A stretch of 61,559 bases of DNA, the filler included, from Asterionella formosa (taxonomy: Eukaryota), in NCBI GenBank assembly GCA_002256025.1. It is 9 parts of 9 records of this genome, joined end to end, with 100 filler letters (N's around TTAATTAATTAA, not from the genome) between each part and the next. Parts side by side here need not be neighbours in the genome. Positions count along the whole stretch, not along the records: positions 34,276 to 41,024 come from NKIB01012620.1; positions 41,125 to 47,874 come from NKIB01012621.1; 7 more parts are not named here. The stretch is one strand, 5' to 3'. The position numbers were made by a program, and so were the translations under genes. Numbering within the stretch: position 1 is the first letter of the stretch; each line of letters opens with the position of its first letter. The notes under the pieces were generated by a model. It saw nothing but the letters and a program-made list of their open reading frames with translations, ran no database searches and was not told where the DNA came from. Below, in pieces: positions 34,276 to 45,830 of this stretch.

Positions 34276-37028
34276 TTCCTAGGCGGTCGGAGTTTCCCCT
34301 AACGCTGCGGCTAAGACGATCATCTTTCGTGAAGGGTGGCTAGGGACTCACCTACGCTAACAAAACTAGGGAAGCAAAGGTCTTGTCGGCAGGCAGCACA
34401 ATGAATACTTATTGCCTTGAAAAAGGGGAGTAGGAATGGGCTATAAAACAGATTATCATTTATAAGAAAGAGAATGTCGCAACTGCATCATGGTTGAAAC
34501 AATGGGGTAGCACCATTCATATATGAATTGAATTGAATGAATCTAATTTACTTCGAGGTCATAAGTCAGAGGGCATCAATAGTGATCAATCACAGGAAGC
34601 CCTTAACCCTAAAATTCATCCACAACATGTCATTCATGTTAGAGGGCGGATTGTTTCAAGAAAGGGGATCTATCATTTTGCTTCATTCTACACTCATCGG
34701 TTCACTTGATCAACATATTGAGAAAAACCAAAAAGGAGAAGCACCATGTCTCTTCTTAGAATTACAATTAATTTCAAGTGTGATGAAATTTGAATTTCAG
34801 AGCATTCATTTCAGATTAAGATATTGTCATTTGTTGACATGAACATATTAATGTATGCTATGCAAACAATTTGGTCGCAGAATGCTTCAGTTGCATTGTC
34901 ACATCACATTCAGGTATACCAATCTCAAAAAATGTATCTTTAAATAGGGAACACGGAATCAGGTGCTGCCCTAAGTGTGATTCAATTGATAAAGAAAAAC
35001 AAGATGCATGATGACAAGTACAAGCATCATCTCCGAAATCCTGAACAGCATAATGAAAGCCTCATAAATATTGTTTGATTGCAAGTCAGTGAAAATGTTT
35101 CCGCACCTCTGGACTTGCACCAAAGGAGGCTATTAAAGGGCGCTCCAAAGACTACCTTACTCAAGTCAAGGTTTCTCAGATTGTGAGCTAATTGTAATTA
35201 TTTCTAAACTATCAAGAATCTTACCAAATCTATTCTGTCAAACTTACTAATCCTGCCATTTTCAATCTTACCAACTGCAATTCAAGACTTCTACTTCAAA
35301 TAATTATAATCCTCTTTTAATCCCACAAGTCATTTCCACGATTCGACTCATTCGACTTGTCTTTTCTATAATCTCCAACAGACTCATGGAAGCGTCGAAG
35401 ATTAGTAGCAGCACAAGTTCTTTCCACACGCGCTTCATCGAATCCAGAAATATGAAGACAAAAGAGAAGAAATCAAGAGTAGAAAGGTGTAGGAATTTTG
35501 TGATAACAATGATGCCACAAGCGAGCGAGGGAAAGCTGGAAGCGTGATGTTGAGGATGACAACATAGAATATGTATCAGGATTTCAATAATTGATGGATT
35601 GTTTTACCGGCAAAAATATCTGCCTTTTTTTAAATGTACAATCGCGATCCCATGTTCAATACACACAACGATCATGTCAGAGCACATACAATACAGACTA
35701 CCATAGTATACTTCAGTGTCCTGGACCCCCCAATTTATGGCATTTCTTTAGTTCGCATCTCCTTAAGATTCCTGAAATTTCCTGAAAATCTTTTTCTCAG
35801 TTTCGAGGATGCGAATGAAGTAGAAACATTGTTGAGTCCACGGTGACTAGCTTGATAACTTTCTATCTACTAGACAAATAGATGAGGAGAAAACATTAAC
35901 GATAGTAATCTCAGAGAGGGTGCAACAACTCAAAAATTAAGAAAATACCTCAATATATAATTTTTTACTGGTTAATAATCCTATGGAATCTTGTGTTGGT
36001 CATGGTATAATGCATATTGATAAAAACTGTTATTTTTTGATTTATATGATCATACAGTAAGGTATACTTTCAAAATTTTCAAAATTTGATTATGTGTCTA
36101 CAATACGTATTGATCATATAAAACCATCATTTTTGTTTCATATGATCATACAGTTATGTATATATCAAACTTTTTAATGTTTCTTGCTGGCATATGATAT
36201 CTTGTTGCTAAAATTATTCTGTGCTGACTCTGTATATCTAGCACAACAAATACTGGTAAATCACTACTGAGTCGACGCTATTTATTGACATCACAAAAAT
36301 AATACCTCCAAGTTTTTTCTTATCCTTAACAATGATGTGCGGAAACCATTGTTTAACTGTTTCACTCACCTCCACCGGTTGAATAGAGACAATCATAGGT
36401 AAGGTGCCATGTTTAAGTAATTGAAATTGGTTTGCGCAATATCATGTAGGTCCTGCGGCTTTCTTGGACATACCAAAAAACTACCTTTGAATTATTTCTC
36501 ACCTGTGATTTTTTTCTGTTCAGTTCAGGAGTGCTTCAGAGACACCATCTCTCTCTCTCAATGGTCCTATCGATACAACTGAAGGATCAGTGAAAAATTT
36601 GTGATTGAAAAGGCCACAGTCTGCTCTGGTAGTTTTATGCAAAATGATGTAAGTAGTCCAAGTTGGTGAAGGTTTCATTGTTGAATTGTTCATGCATACA
36701 ATTTCTCAACCGTACTTTTGCTTCTGTCATTGAGGTGCTCTACTGTCAACATCGTTCAGAGTTCTCCAATTCTTATCGAATGGCAAAGAAGGATTGGTGA
36801 ATAACGATGACGGCAATGCTTGGGCTTGATTTCCAACACATGATTCAAAAATTTTTATTAATTCTCTATTGCTGTAGGACTCAATAATGTATTCATTTCT
36901 TGTCAAAATAGCAAAATTAATATTAATCTTAGTAAGAGAATATAGTATTATAGATATTGGTTTTCAATTAACCTTAAAATGATTTTCCTCATATTCTGTA
37001 TTACTGGCTTTTTTTGCATTCAAGGGCT

Positions 37029-37423
37029 ACCTTGTATTGGTTCCAAATCAAGGTACACCTGGTTGTATGGGCATGTTCAAAACAAGGTATACCTTAAATT
37101 GGAACAGATGATCTGATTGGTTAACCAATACAAGGTATATGCGAAAAAGTAAAACCAATACAACAAGGTACACATGAAATTGTATTGGACATTAAACAAC
37201 CCTATGTCGGAGAAACTATTCATACCTTGTATGGGAAAAAAATTCCGGTCATATCACGATATACCTTGTATTGGAAAAACGAGCCTATTTCCTTGTACTG
37301 GCAAAAAATCACAGATTCGCAACTCTAATGACAAAGCTAGCCAATACAAGGTCAACCTTGTATTGGTAATTGACGTTTTCACCTTGTATTGGATTCCAAA
37401 ACAAGGTATTTTCGTTTCCTGTG
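37029..37423. repeat. Cluster of CCAATACAAGGT motifs in both orientations (probable transposon subterminal region)
   Basis: Exact or near copies at 37029, 37125, 37224, 37263, 37341, 37355, 37381 and 37396. Confidence 0.8.
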
Positions 37424-39373
37424 CAGTCAGCCATGTTCGATCTCGTGTGCATAAAATTTTTTACTTCGATTTGATTGCTGCTATTTACGTGAATACATGT
37501 TAATAAAGTTAGCTATGTCTGAAAAAAGATGCCATTGGTATCACTCTCAACCATGCCTTTGTTAGAGTAAGTAAACAAATTGACTTGCTACGTCTGATTT
37601 CTTCTTGACTTGTTAAACATAGAACATGATGGTTACTAACAATTCATTCCATTCTAGCTAATCTACAAATTTCCAGGACTATTTCGCGGAGGTACTATGC
37701 AAATTCATCTGAATAACCATACAATTTCCAACAGCTGTTCTGATTCTATTCAGGAGACAGCTGATAGAGAAAGAACCAATAATTATCCTTTCTTCCTGCT
37801 TCTAGTTGAGTAGTTTTATTCTTGCAAATGTCAGAGTGCTACGAGGCTTGTCAGTGATATTGTAAGTGTTCTGAAGAGGTTTTTCCTTTTTACTAGCCCT
37901 GGAGTGGTTGGCGCATAAGGCAATGATGAAGGGTAATGACAACGATACTTGCTCCTGCATCAACAAAGTAACTTTATAAAATTACTGGTGGACGACAGGG
38001 AAAGAAATATGGGGGCTAGAATAATGCTAGTAAGGGTTATGCTAGGTTCAACATTCTGCAGAAACTAGTTGTTCATCAAAAGATGACTGCCATGAGCACA
38101 AAGTTAGAGGTCAGCTTTAAGTCGAATCTTCTTTTTTTGGTTGGAGTTCCCCAAGGGGCTAGGTCACTTCGGTGAATAGATGGCAGCATTGTTGCACTGA
38201 GGTCCAGTGAAATTATTGACTAACTGTTGCTCATTTACGTTGAAGTTACGCCGGGGAACAACAGTGTGCCTGCCATTAGAGTTTTTAATGATCTAGTTCC
38301 CATTAATCTTCCAGTAACCACAACTCCGGCTAAATGGAGTGTACCAACAGAATGCTAGTCATAGTGAAGAATACTTATTAACAGAAAAGTAGAAATATAG
38401 AGATAATAAATGAAAATATTATTCTTCGCATCGACAGAAAATACTGTCAATTGGCCCCAAAAAGATGTGGGATTGGCAAATAAATTATGGAATTTATTGA
38501 AACTATTTTAGTTCACTTCTATCACATATATTATATGATGCATGACATTTTATATGTGATGTCATACTCTTAAATTATGTATGGATTCCAATTTGTCAAA
38601 TTGGCCCACCCAAATTATTAATTTGGGTGATCATATTTGACCAGCATTTTCTGGCAGCTGTACCAGTTATTGGGATTGTAGATGCAGCGGCCTCCTCCCA
38701 ACAGTCAACCACCAGTCTATCTACTACCATTCTACTACCACCATGAGCTGACTCCAACCCCAACCCCAACCTCCACCCACCCACCACAACCTCACTAGCA
38801 TTCTGTTGCATACACAATCAAATTTTTGAAATAATGATGGCAAAACAGAGTGCAAGTTTTTTGCAATTTTGAAGCAATTTGAAAATATTCTTCAACATCT
38901 TCTAACCCATCATCTATTCCTTTCTTTTTTCTCCCTTTCCCTATTTTTAATCACAATAGCATTGCTTACCAGCAGTGCTTAGCTGATGATTCATTTTTTA
39001 AATTATACTTTGGTTACAAAAGACCTGATGCTCAAATTTTGACATCCCCATATGTTGTATTAGTACAGTCATTTTCGTGTGAATTTTTCAATGGTCCAAA
39101 ATTTTCCATTCATGCTTTTCATTGACCAATTGAAAAACCCGACTTTGTAAAGCGTTTTTCTGGCTGCAATTGGAATTGCGCGCAGACCGGTATACTGATC
39201 CTATATTCCTTCGAATTGCACAATGATACATAATGTGTCGTAGTAATAACCAAAGAGCTGTAACGGTACCGGTAGTTGAAATGCGCCACAAACGTTCGAT
39301 TCTTTCATCTTTGGTATATACCTGTGCCTGCTCGTCGGCTCGATCATACACCAAAAGAACATTTTACTTGGCC

Positions 39374-40000
39374 ATGATGTTTGAGGAAATTAAAGCCCAA
39401 AAGCAAGAGCTGCGAAGGGAAGTTCGCGCTCGAATGAAGGCCTTTGATCAAGTCAGCGAACAGAGTGAACAAGTGTGGGACCGACTCTTTGCCTTGCCAG
39501 CCTATCAACAAGCAAAAACTATTGGTCTCTTCCTATCCATGCCGAAGGGTGAAATCAATACAGATTTCGCACTTCAACATGCAATTCGTAACGGAAAAAC
39601 AATTTATGTGCCCCAGGTTGGAGCAAACTTTGAATTGGCAAATATGGACATGTTAAAGTGCCCCAAAGTGGAGAATTTTCACAAATCATGGCCCACCAAC
39701 AAATGGCTGATTCCTGAACCTCCCATTGAAATGGAGAGGATACTGGCTCAACCGGGCGATATCGATATCTTGGTGGTTCCAGGGTTGGCGTTTGACGAGA
39801 AAGGTGGGCGTTTGGGCCAAGGAAAGGGGTACTACGACAGGTTTATCGCGAAAATGAGAAAGGATTATCCTGACAAGCCTATCTTAGTTGGGGTGTGTAT
39901 GGAGCCTCAGCTGGTAGATCGGGTGCCGACCACCGATCTTGACTATGAAATGGACATGGTTTTGTTTCCGAACAAGACGATTGAAGTAGAGAAGAAATAA
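39374..40000 (+). CDS. MTHFS: 5-formyltetrahydrofolate cyclo-ligase
   Basis: KQELRREVR, FLSMPKGEINT, IYVPQV, WLIPEP, DILVVPGLAFDEKGGRLGQGKGYYDRF. Likely ATG at 39374. Confidence 0.95.
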   Translation: MMFEEIKAQKQELRREVRARMKAFDQVSEQSEQVWDRLFALPAYQQAKTIGLFLSMPKGEINTDFALQHAIRNGKTIYVPQVGANFELANMDMLKCPKVENFHKSWPTNKWLIPEPPIEMERILAQPGDIDILVVPGLAFDEKGGRLGQGKGYYDRFIAKMRKDYPDKPILVGVCMEPQLVDRVPTTDLDYEMDMVLFPNKTIEVEKK

Positions 40001-40058
40001 TTTCGCGGCTGCATCATGGGCGTGCCTAAGTTAACTACCGGTATTCGAGAAACTTAAG

Positions 40059-40853
40059 CTAGTATTCCTTGCTCCGAAACACAAGTAGGGCAGCCTCCCA
40101 AGGGCCCTCAAAGGGAAGAACTATTGCTGAGCGGAGACGGATGCTATCACTTGCCTCTGATAGTGAATTAGCCACTAGAATACCACTTTGCGTTGTTGTG
40201 CTAGTTGATAAAAGGGACTGCAACGTCGCAGCGGCGTGGAAGACATCGGCCCTAGTTGGGCACGTCCATGCAATTCCTCCCATTTCAAAAAGGCTATCAG
40301 ATTCGTCCTTTTTCTCTCCCAATACGAAGGCGCCAGTAGAGCCGCCAGCTGATCCTGCCACAAGTAGTAGTTCCACAAGACAGGTAACCGCCGACACTCG
40401 GGCTTGACCATCCGAAATACTCATGGTGTCGATCAAAACCCAACCTCCTTGAGAAATCGTTTCCAAAGCGGGCATGGGATCTGTAAATTCACCTTCAGCT
40501 AGAGAGATCAATTTCCCGGAAAACCCCGGTGATCGACTGGAAAGATCTCCGTTTGAACCATCAAGGAAAATTTTGTTTTCTTCTGCACCTCTATTGTTGT
40601 CGTTTCCATCGTCCCATAGAATTACTCGATCCACAATTGAGGAAATTCCAAAGTCTTCCTCCAATCGATCTAAAGCGGTTGATGGGAAAATTCTAGTTCC
40701 TCGCAAGTCCAGCCACAGTTCAACGTTGCTCCCACCTGATGTGACGCTTGAATCTGTGCCCAACAGTATTGGTTTGCGCGAACCTATAATTGGCGTTTGG
40801 AATCCAATTGCTGGATCCAATAAGTAAGTTAGTACCAGAATAGATTTTAGCAT
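40059..40853 (-). CDS. Probable plastid-targeted hypothetical protein
   Basis: Signal peptide with AIGFQ cleavage-like motif. 264-aa ORF convergent with MTHFS. Confidence 0.72.
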   Translation of the reverse strand: MLKSILVLTYLLDPAIGFQTPIIGSRKPILLGTDSSVTSGGSNVELWLDLRGTRIFPSTALDRLEEDFGISSIVDRVILWDDGNDNNRGAEENKIFLDGSNGDLSSRSPGFSGKLISLAEGEFTDPMPALETISQGGWVLIDTMSISDGQARVSAVTCLVELLLVAGSAGGSTGAFVLGEKKDESDSLFEMGGIAWTCPTRADVFHAAATLQSLLSTSTTTQSGILVANSLSEASDSIRLRSAIVLPFEGPWEAALLVFRSKEY

Positions 40854-41024
40854 TCACTTTCCGTTTTATGTTTGCGCTGATGAGAATGGTTCTAGTGAAG
40901 CAAAGAAGTAGAAGAATGAGGCGGTACCGGTAGGTACCTGATGGTGCTATTATTCGTCGGGATTCATTTCCGTAAACTGAAACGGTATTTGTAATGGTGA
41001 TGGCGTAGAGTTCCGGTACCAGGT

Positions 41025-41124
41025 NNNNNNNNNNNNNNNNNNNNNNNNNNNNNNNNNNNNNNNNNNNNTTAATTAATTAANNNNNNNNNNNNNNNNNNNN
41101 NNNNNNNNNNNNNNNNNNNNNNNN
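41025..41124. other. Artificial contig linker
   Basis: N44-TTAATTAATTAA-N44. Confidence 0.99.
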
Positions 41125-42915
41125 ATGCCCTCACACAAACGCGCCACTTACATCCGCATTGTGTGTGCCGATCGCCCTGAAAAAACCATTCCCCAACGCG
41201 TTCGTTGGACTGCTGGGGGTGATCGTGTCATTTACACTGGCAATGTCAGCACCAAGACTGCTGATCTCACTACTGCAAAATGTTTGTTCAACAGCACCAT
41301 CAGTACCCCCGGTGGCCGCTTCATGACTCTGGATTTATCTGATTTTTATCTGGAAAGTCATCTTGCACCTGCCGAGTATGAATACGTGCGCATCCCTATA
41401 TGGATGATTCCCCCACACATTCAAACCCTCTACAACCTAGCTCCAAAAATCATTGATGGGCACATCTATGCCGAAATCCGTCGTGGCATGTATGGGCTGC
41501 CTCAAGCTGGTAAACTTGCCAATGATCAACTTGCTCAGTTCTTGCTACCACATCATTACCTCCCCTGCCCAGTCACCCCTGGCCTATGGATGGATACCAC
41601 CAGTGATCTCATGTTTACGCTTGTTGTTGATGATTTTGGTGTACGTTACACCAAACGTAGTGACGTGGACCGTCTCCTCACCACTTTACGTACCAAATAC
41701 CGACTCACAACTGATTGGACTGGCTCTCGATACATTGGCCTTACACTGACGTGGGACTATGAACATTGCACAGTTGACCTCACTTTGCCTGGTTACATTG
41801 TTCGTGCTCTACAACGATTCACGCACTCCACTCCAACACACCCACAACATGCCCCCCATGCCTGGACTGCACCTAGTTATGGCGCTCGCCAGCAATTTGT
41901 TGTTTCTGATGTCACCCCTGTCCTTGACCTCCATGATAAAACACGTGTGCAAGAGATTCTTGGTACTTTATTGTATTATGCCCGTGCTATTGATTGTACT
42001 ATGTTGCCGGCCCTTGGTACATTGGCTACACAACAAGCAACCCCCACTGTGGCTACCTTGACTGCTATTACTCACCTTCTCAATTATTGTGCCACGCATC
42101 CTGAGGCCACACTTCGCTTTACTGCCAGTGACATGGTCCTCCATGTTGAAAGCGATGCTTCCTATCTCTCTGAAACACGTGGTCGCTCCCGCGCTGCCGG
42201 CATTCACTTTCTCAGCTGTAAACCCGTGTCTCCACCTAGCCTCACTACATCCATCCCTCCTCTTAACGGTGCTATTTACGTCCACTGTCAAATTCTTAAG
42301 GAGGTTGTATCAAGTGCTGCTGAGGCTGAATTAGCTGCTTTATTCCACAATGGCAAAGAGGCATATGCTATTCGCACCATTCTTGTTGAGCTTGGTCATC
42401 CCCAACCTTCTACCCGTATTGTCACCGATAATAGCACTGCCAGTGGCATTGCCAATGATACTGTCCGACAAAAACGTTCCAAAGCTATGGATATGCGTTA
42501 TTACTGGGTACACGATCGGGTTCGCCAAGGCCAATTTCTTGTATACTGGAAAAAAGGTAGTTTGAATCGTGCTGATTATTTCACTAAACATCATCCCGCT
42601 TCCCATCATATGTTGATGCGCCCGCACTATCTCCATTGCCCTCCATCCCTCCCTAGTCCTCCTAACTATTATGCCTGCTTGGCTTCCGATGCTGATATCA
42701 TCTCCACCCCCGCTCCTGTTCTTCTGCCTGCATCTGTTGGTGAGGGTGTGTTAATATCTGCATATGATGCTCCATACATGCGCCGTATGAACCATACCGA
42801 TGCAGCCACCAGATTAGGTACATGCGTGAGTGCTAACAACGATGTACTTGGAACAGCAATAGAATAGTCATAATATTGTAGTTCACCTTTTTCCACGATA
42901 AGGTTCCCCTCAACA
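41125..42915 (+). mobile_element. 3' part of diatom-type (CoDi-like) Ty1/Copia retrotransposon: RT-RNase H, PPT and 3' LTR
   Basis: Intact ORF 41125-42867 with GMYGLPQAG, LVVDDFGV, SDASYLSE, SSAAEAE, TDNSTA, ADYFTKHH. Purine tract GGTGAGGGTG, then TGTT...AACA LTR at 42749-42915. Confidence 0.92.
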
Positions 42916-43743
42916 CAGGGTTGGTACTCAGCCACCTTGGGGGGCAATATGCCATTTTTTTTCGTTGCTTTTTTTGCAACTGGCACGTACGACAATATTT
43001 ACAATGTCGTAACGTGTCTCTAGTTAGACCCGGCCAGTACAAGTGACGTCGGAGCGTCTGCTCGGTACGGGTGGAGCCTGGGTGACTTAGGTATTCATCA
43101 TACCATGCCAAGGTGCGTTGTGTAAGGGAGTGGGGCACATACATTTTTTCCCTGTGCATAATGACTGCATTCCCTTCAATCACACGTTTGGTGAAGCAGG
43201 AGGATTTGTCCGCCTGCATTTTATTTGTTAGGACTGTGTCCTTGGTTTGTTCATATGCAATAAGTGCTGTATGAATCGGGAACTGTGTTTGTTCCGTCGA
43301 CAGAAAGGATGATTCCGTTTTGTCCTTAGGGTCACGCGTCACAGAATGAAATGACAGTCCGGGAAAGAGCGAAGCCAACAGGTACACCAATTAAATTGAA
43401 GTATCATACATAGCTATTCAGCAACGATTGAGCAACCATCCGTCGGACGAATTACAGGGTTGGCGATAGTGGCACAGTAAACCGCTCCCGGTGTGAGTGA
43501 TATGCTGATGATGTGATGCTCGATTTCGACATCAAGCATTACATCCAAGCTGATTCTGGATTCCGTTTCTCAATTTGCGTACTCGAATTCTAATCAACAC
43601 CAGCGCCAATAAGCAACTACTCCTGATATCTCACGGTCGCCTCAGTGTCGTAGCAGCAGAACCAGTCACTTACAATCAGATACATCTTCCTGGGCTCAAC
43701 GAGACGACGTCATCGATGGAGACCCTCGGAAACGTTACGACCA
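42916..43743 (-). mobile_element. Internally deleted Ty3/Gypsy relic: integrase zinc-binding region, PBS and putative 5' LTR
   Basis: MYVP...HPGSTRTEQTLRRHLYWPGL...CRTCQLQKK, then GILPPKVAEYQP in a shifted frame. PBS-like TGGTGTACCTGTTGGCTTC at 43389-43371. LTR outer boundary uncertain. Confidence 0.75.
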
Positions 43744-43865
43744 GGAGCCTCACTCACAGCTTCAAAAGATTATCTGGCTGGAGAGGTAGCTTCAACCATG
43801 GCTCCAGAAGTAATGGAAGTCAACCGAGCAGCCAAAGAAAAGGGAGGGACTGCACTTTTTGGTAA

Positions 43866-44470
43866 TGGTTGTCCTCGGCACACAATCAAGTGTGCATGAC
43901 CATTAATCCACCAAGCAGTGAGTCATGGTTGTAGCTATGTTGTTTTGGATCAATTTTTTGCTATTATTCACATCATAAATAAATCCTCCTTCCCATGATA
44001 CAGATATATCCTGCCATGATGATTACCTTGTCTATTATCGATTCCTTGGCCATGTCATGGGCCGAGCACTCTTTGATCGGCAACTTATGAAAGGAGATCT
44101 GGTCAGTCATCTCTACAAACATCTGATGGGCTTGCCAATTACCTTTCAAGATTTAGAGCATGAGGATGATGAGTATTACAAGTCTCTAAAGAAGCTCTCT
44201 AATATGGAGGATATTTCAATGACATGTGTTGATTTCACTGCTACTGAAGAGACTCTTGGTATCCGCAAGGAGGTAGAACTTATTCCTGGTGTTTCTATGA
44301 AAGAAGTAACAAATGAAAACATTTCTAACTACTTGGAAGCTAACCTCAAGTATTGCATGTTGGATCGAGTTCGTCCTCAATTGACAGAGCTCCTTCTTGT
44401 GTTCATTGATGTCATTCCTGAGCCAGCTCTGTCTGTTTTCGATCACCAAGAGCTTACATCATTTAAATAG
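43866..44470 (+). pseudogene. HECT E3 ligase fragment (N-lobe only) retaining an intron (43918-44003)
   Basis: INP.S/..DYLVYYRFLGHVMGRALFD...LYKHLMG...DLEHEDDEYYKSL...VELIPG...VTNEN...FIDVIP..LSVFDHQEL. Stops before the catalytic C-lobe. Confidence 0.85.
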
Positions 44471-44545
44471 CCAAAATAAATAGGGTTAGGTAAAGGAAGG
44501 AGCTACAATGACAATTATTCAATGACTTTGGGGGGGGGGGGGTGA

Positions 44546-45040
44546 TTACTCAATTTGCCAAAAAGTACTGAGACTACCAGTATTGTACTTTTCGCCTGTA
44601 GCTTGGGTTAGGGTTAGCTTGTAGTGATACCATCTCAACTTGTTTTGGTCAGTATTCACACCAATTTCTGACGTGTTGTGCAACCATCTGAAGTGCTGTG
44701 AAACCATAGAGTACTGCACAGTATCATTCTCATTTGATATCAGATTCTTCATAGTGATACCTTTATTTGCAGCAATAGTCGCTCTCTTGTTGTAAGTCAC
44801 AGCCAAGTTCCCAAGTATTGAACAACCAGATTCTTGCACAGTAGCATTCTTTGGATGTTCTTCCATAGCAGACAAAACTGTAGTGATACCTCCTTCTTTA
44901 GCAATCATCAACTTGTTATTGTCATTATTCACAGCGAAGTTCTGAAGCTTAATGAGATCTTCTTCTTCTCGCCCCGCAGCATTGACTAAAGAAATCATCA
45001 TCATAGAAGGCATAATTGTTGTAATTTCTTCCATAGTCAA
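44546..45040 (-). pseudogene. Armadillo-repeat gene fragment
   Basis: NKLMIAKEGGITTVLSAMEEHPKNATVQESGCSILGNLA, decaying on both sides. Confidence 0.75.
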
Positions 45041-45130
45041 GTCAGCATTGACCTTGTGGATACAGTTCTTGTTTAGATTACTAACAAGTCCCTCAAATTT
45101 TGTTAATAAATTATCATCATGAATTGGATT

Positions 45131-45487
45131 TCACTTGACAAAAAGTGAAATCCTGACTTTATGGTCCTTGAGTGCCTCAGGTATGATGGCCTTGGTACCC
45201 TCATTACCAATTGAATTACCATTGAGATATAGTGGTAGCATACTGAGATCAAGTGCAGTCAAGATGGTATTGACCGTGAGGAGGGCCTCTGCAATGGCCT
45301 TGGCATGATCAACAACAATAGATTTACCTCCAAGATAAAAAAGTGTGGTCAAGACAGCATTGACCAAGATGGCCAGCAATGCAAGAATTTCCTTGGCGCC
45401 ATCATCACCAATTGAATTATAACTGAGACTAAGAAGTTCAGTCAAACTTGGATCATTTTCTTTCAACCATTTGACATATCTTTCCAA
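45131..45487 (-). pseudogene. RI-like leucine-rich-repeat gene fragment
   Basis: LKENDPSLTEL..LSYNSIGDDGAKEI, AIAEAL.VN..LTALDL, LNGNSIGNEGTKAI, with irregular insertions. Confidence 0.78.
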
Positions 45488-45830
45488 TTCCTCTGTTACT
45501 GTTTTCCCTCCAGATGATAGTCAAACCATTGTCAATCTCATCTTGAATGAAATTGAAGTTGTTGTTTTTTTTAGCAACTTGCTCCCCATCCCAGTATAAA
45601 AGTGTCCAGTGTTTCTGACTTGGTATATAATAACCAGGTTATAAATACTGCCTCACTAAAATAATGCATAACTGTGGTTATTTGTCATCAAGACTGACTT
45701 GGTGGCATCAGACTTTGGACTCTAGTAGTCCAGACTTGGAATAAATAAGTCAGTGTATTCATTTATAAATATATATATACTATGAATAATAATATACATG
45801 TACAGCCGAATGTTGGCACAAGGCAACCTA

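Noticed and set aside
34276..39200. Short ORFs in the AT-rich part of contig 6
   Set aside because: No recognisable domains or coding signal; probably decayed repeats.
40059..40853. Type II 3-dehydroquinate synthase-like domain
   Set aside because: Only a vague resemblance, and the diagnostic motifs are absent.
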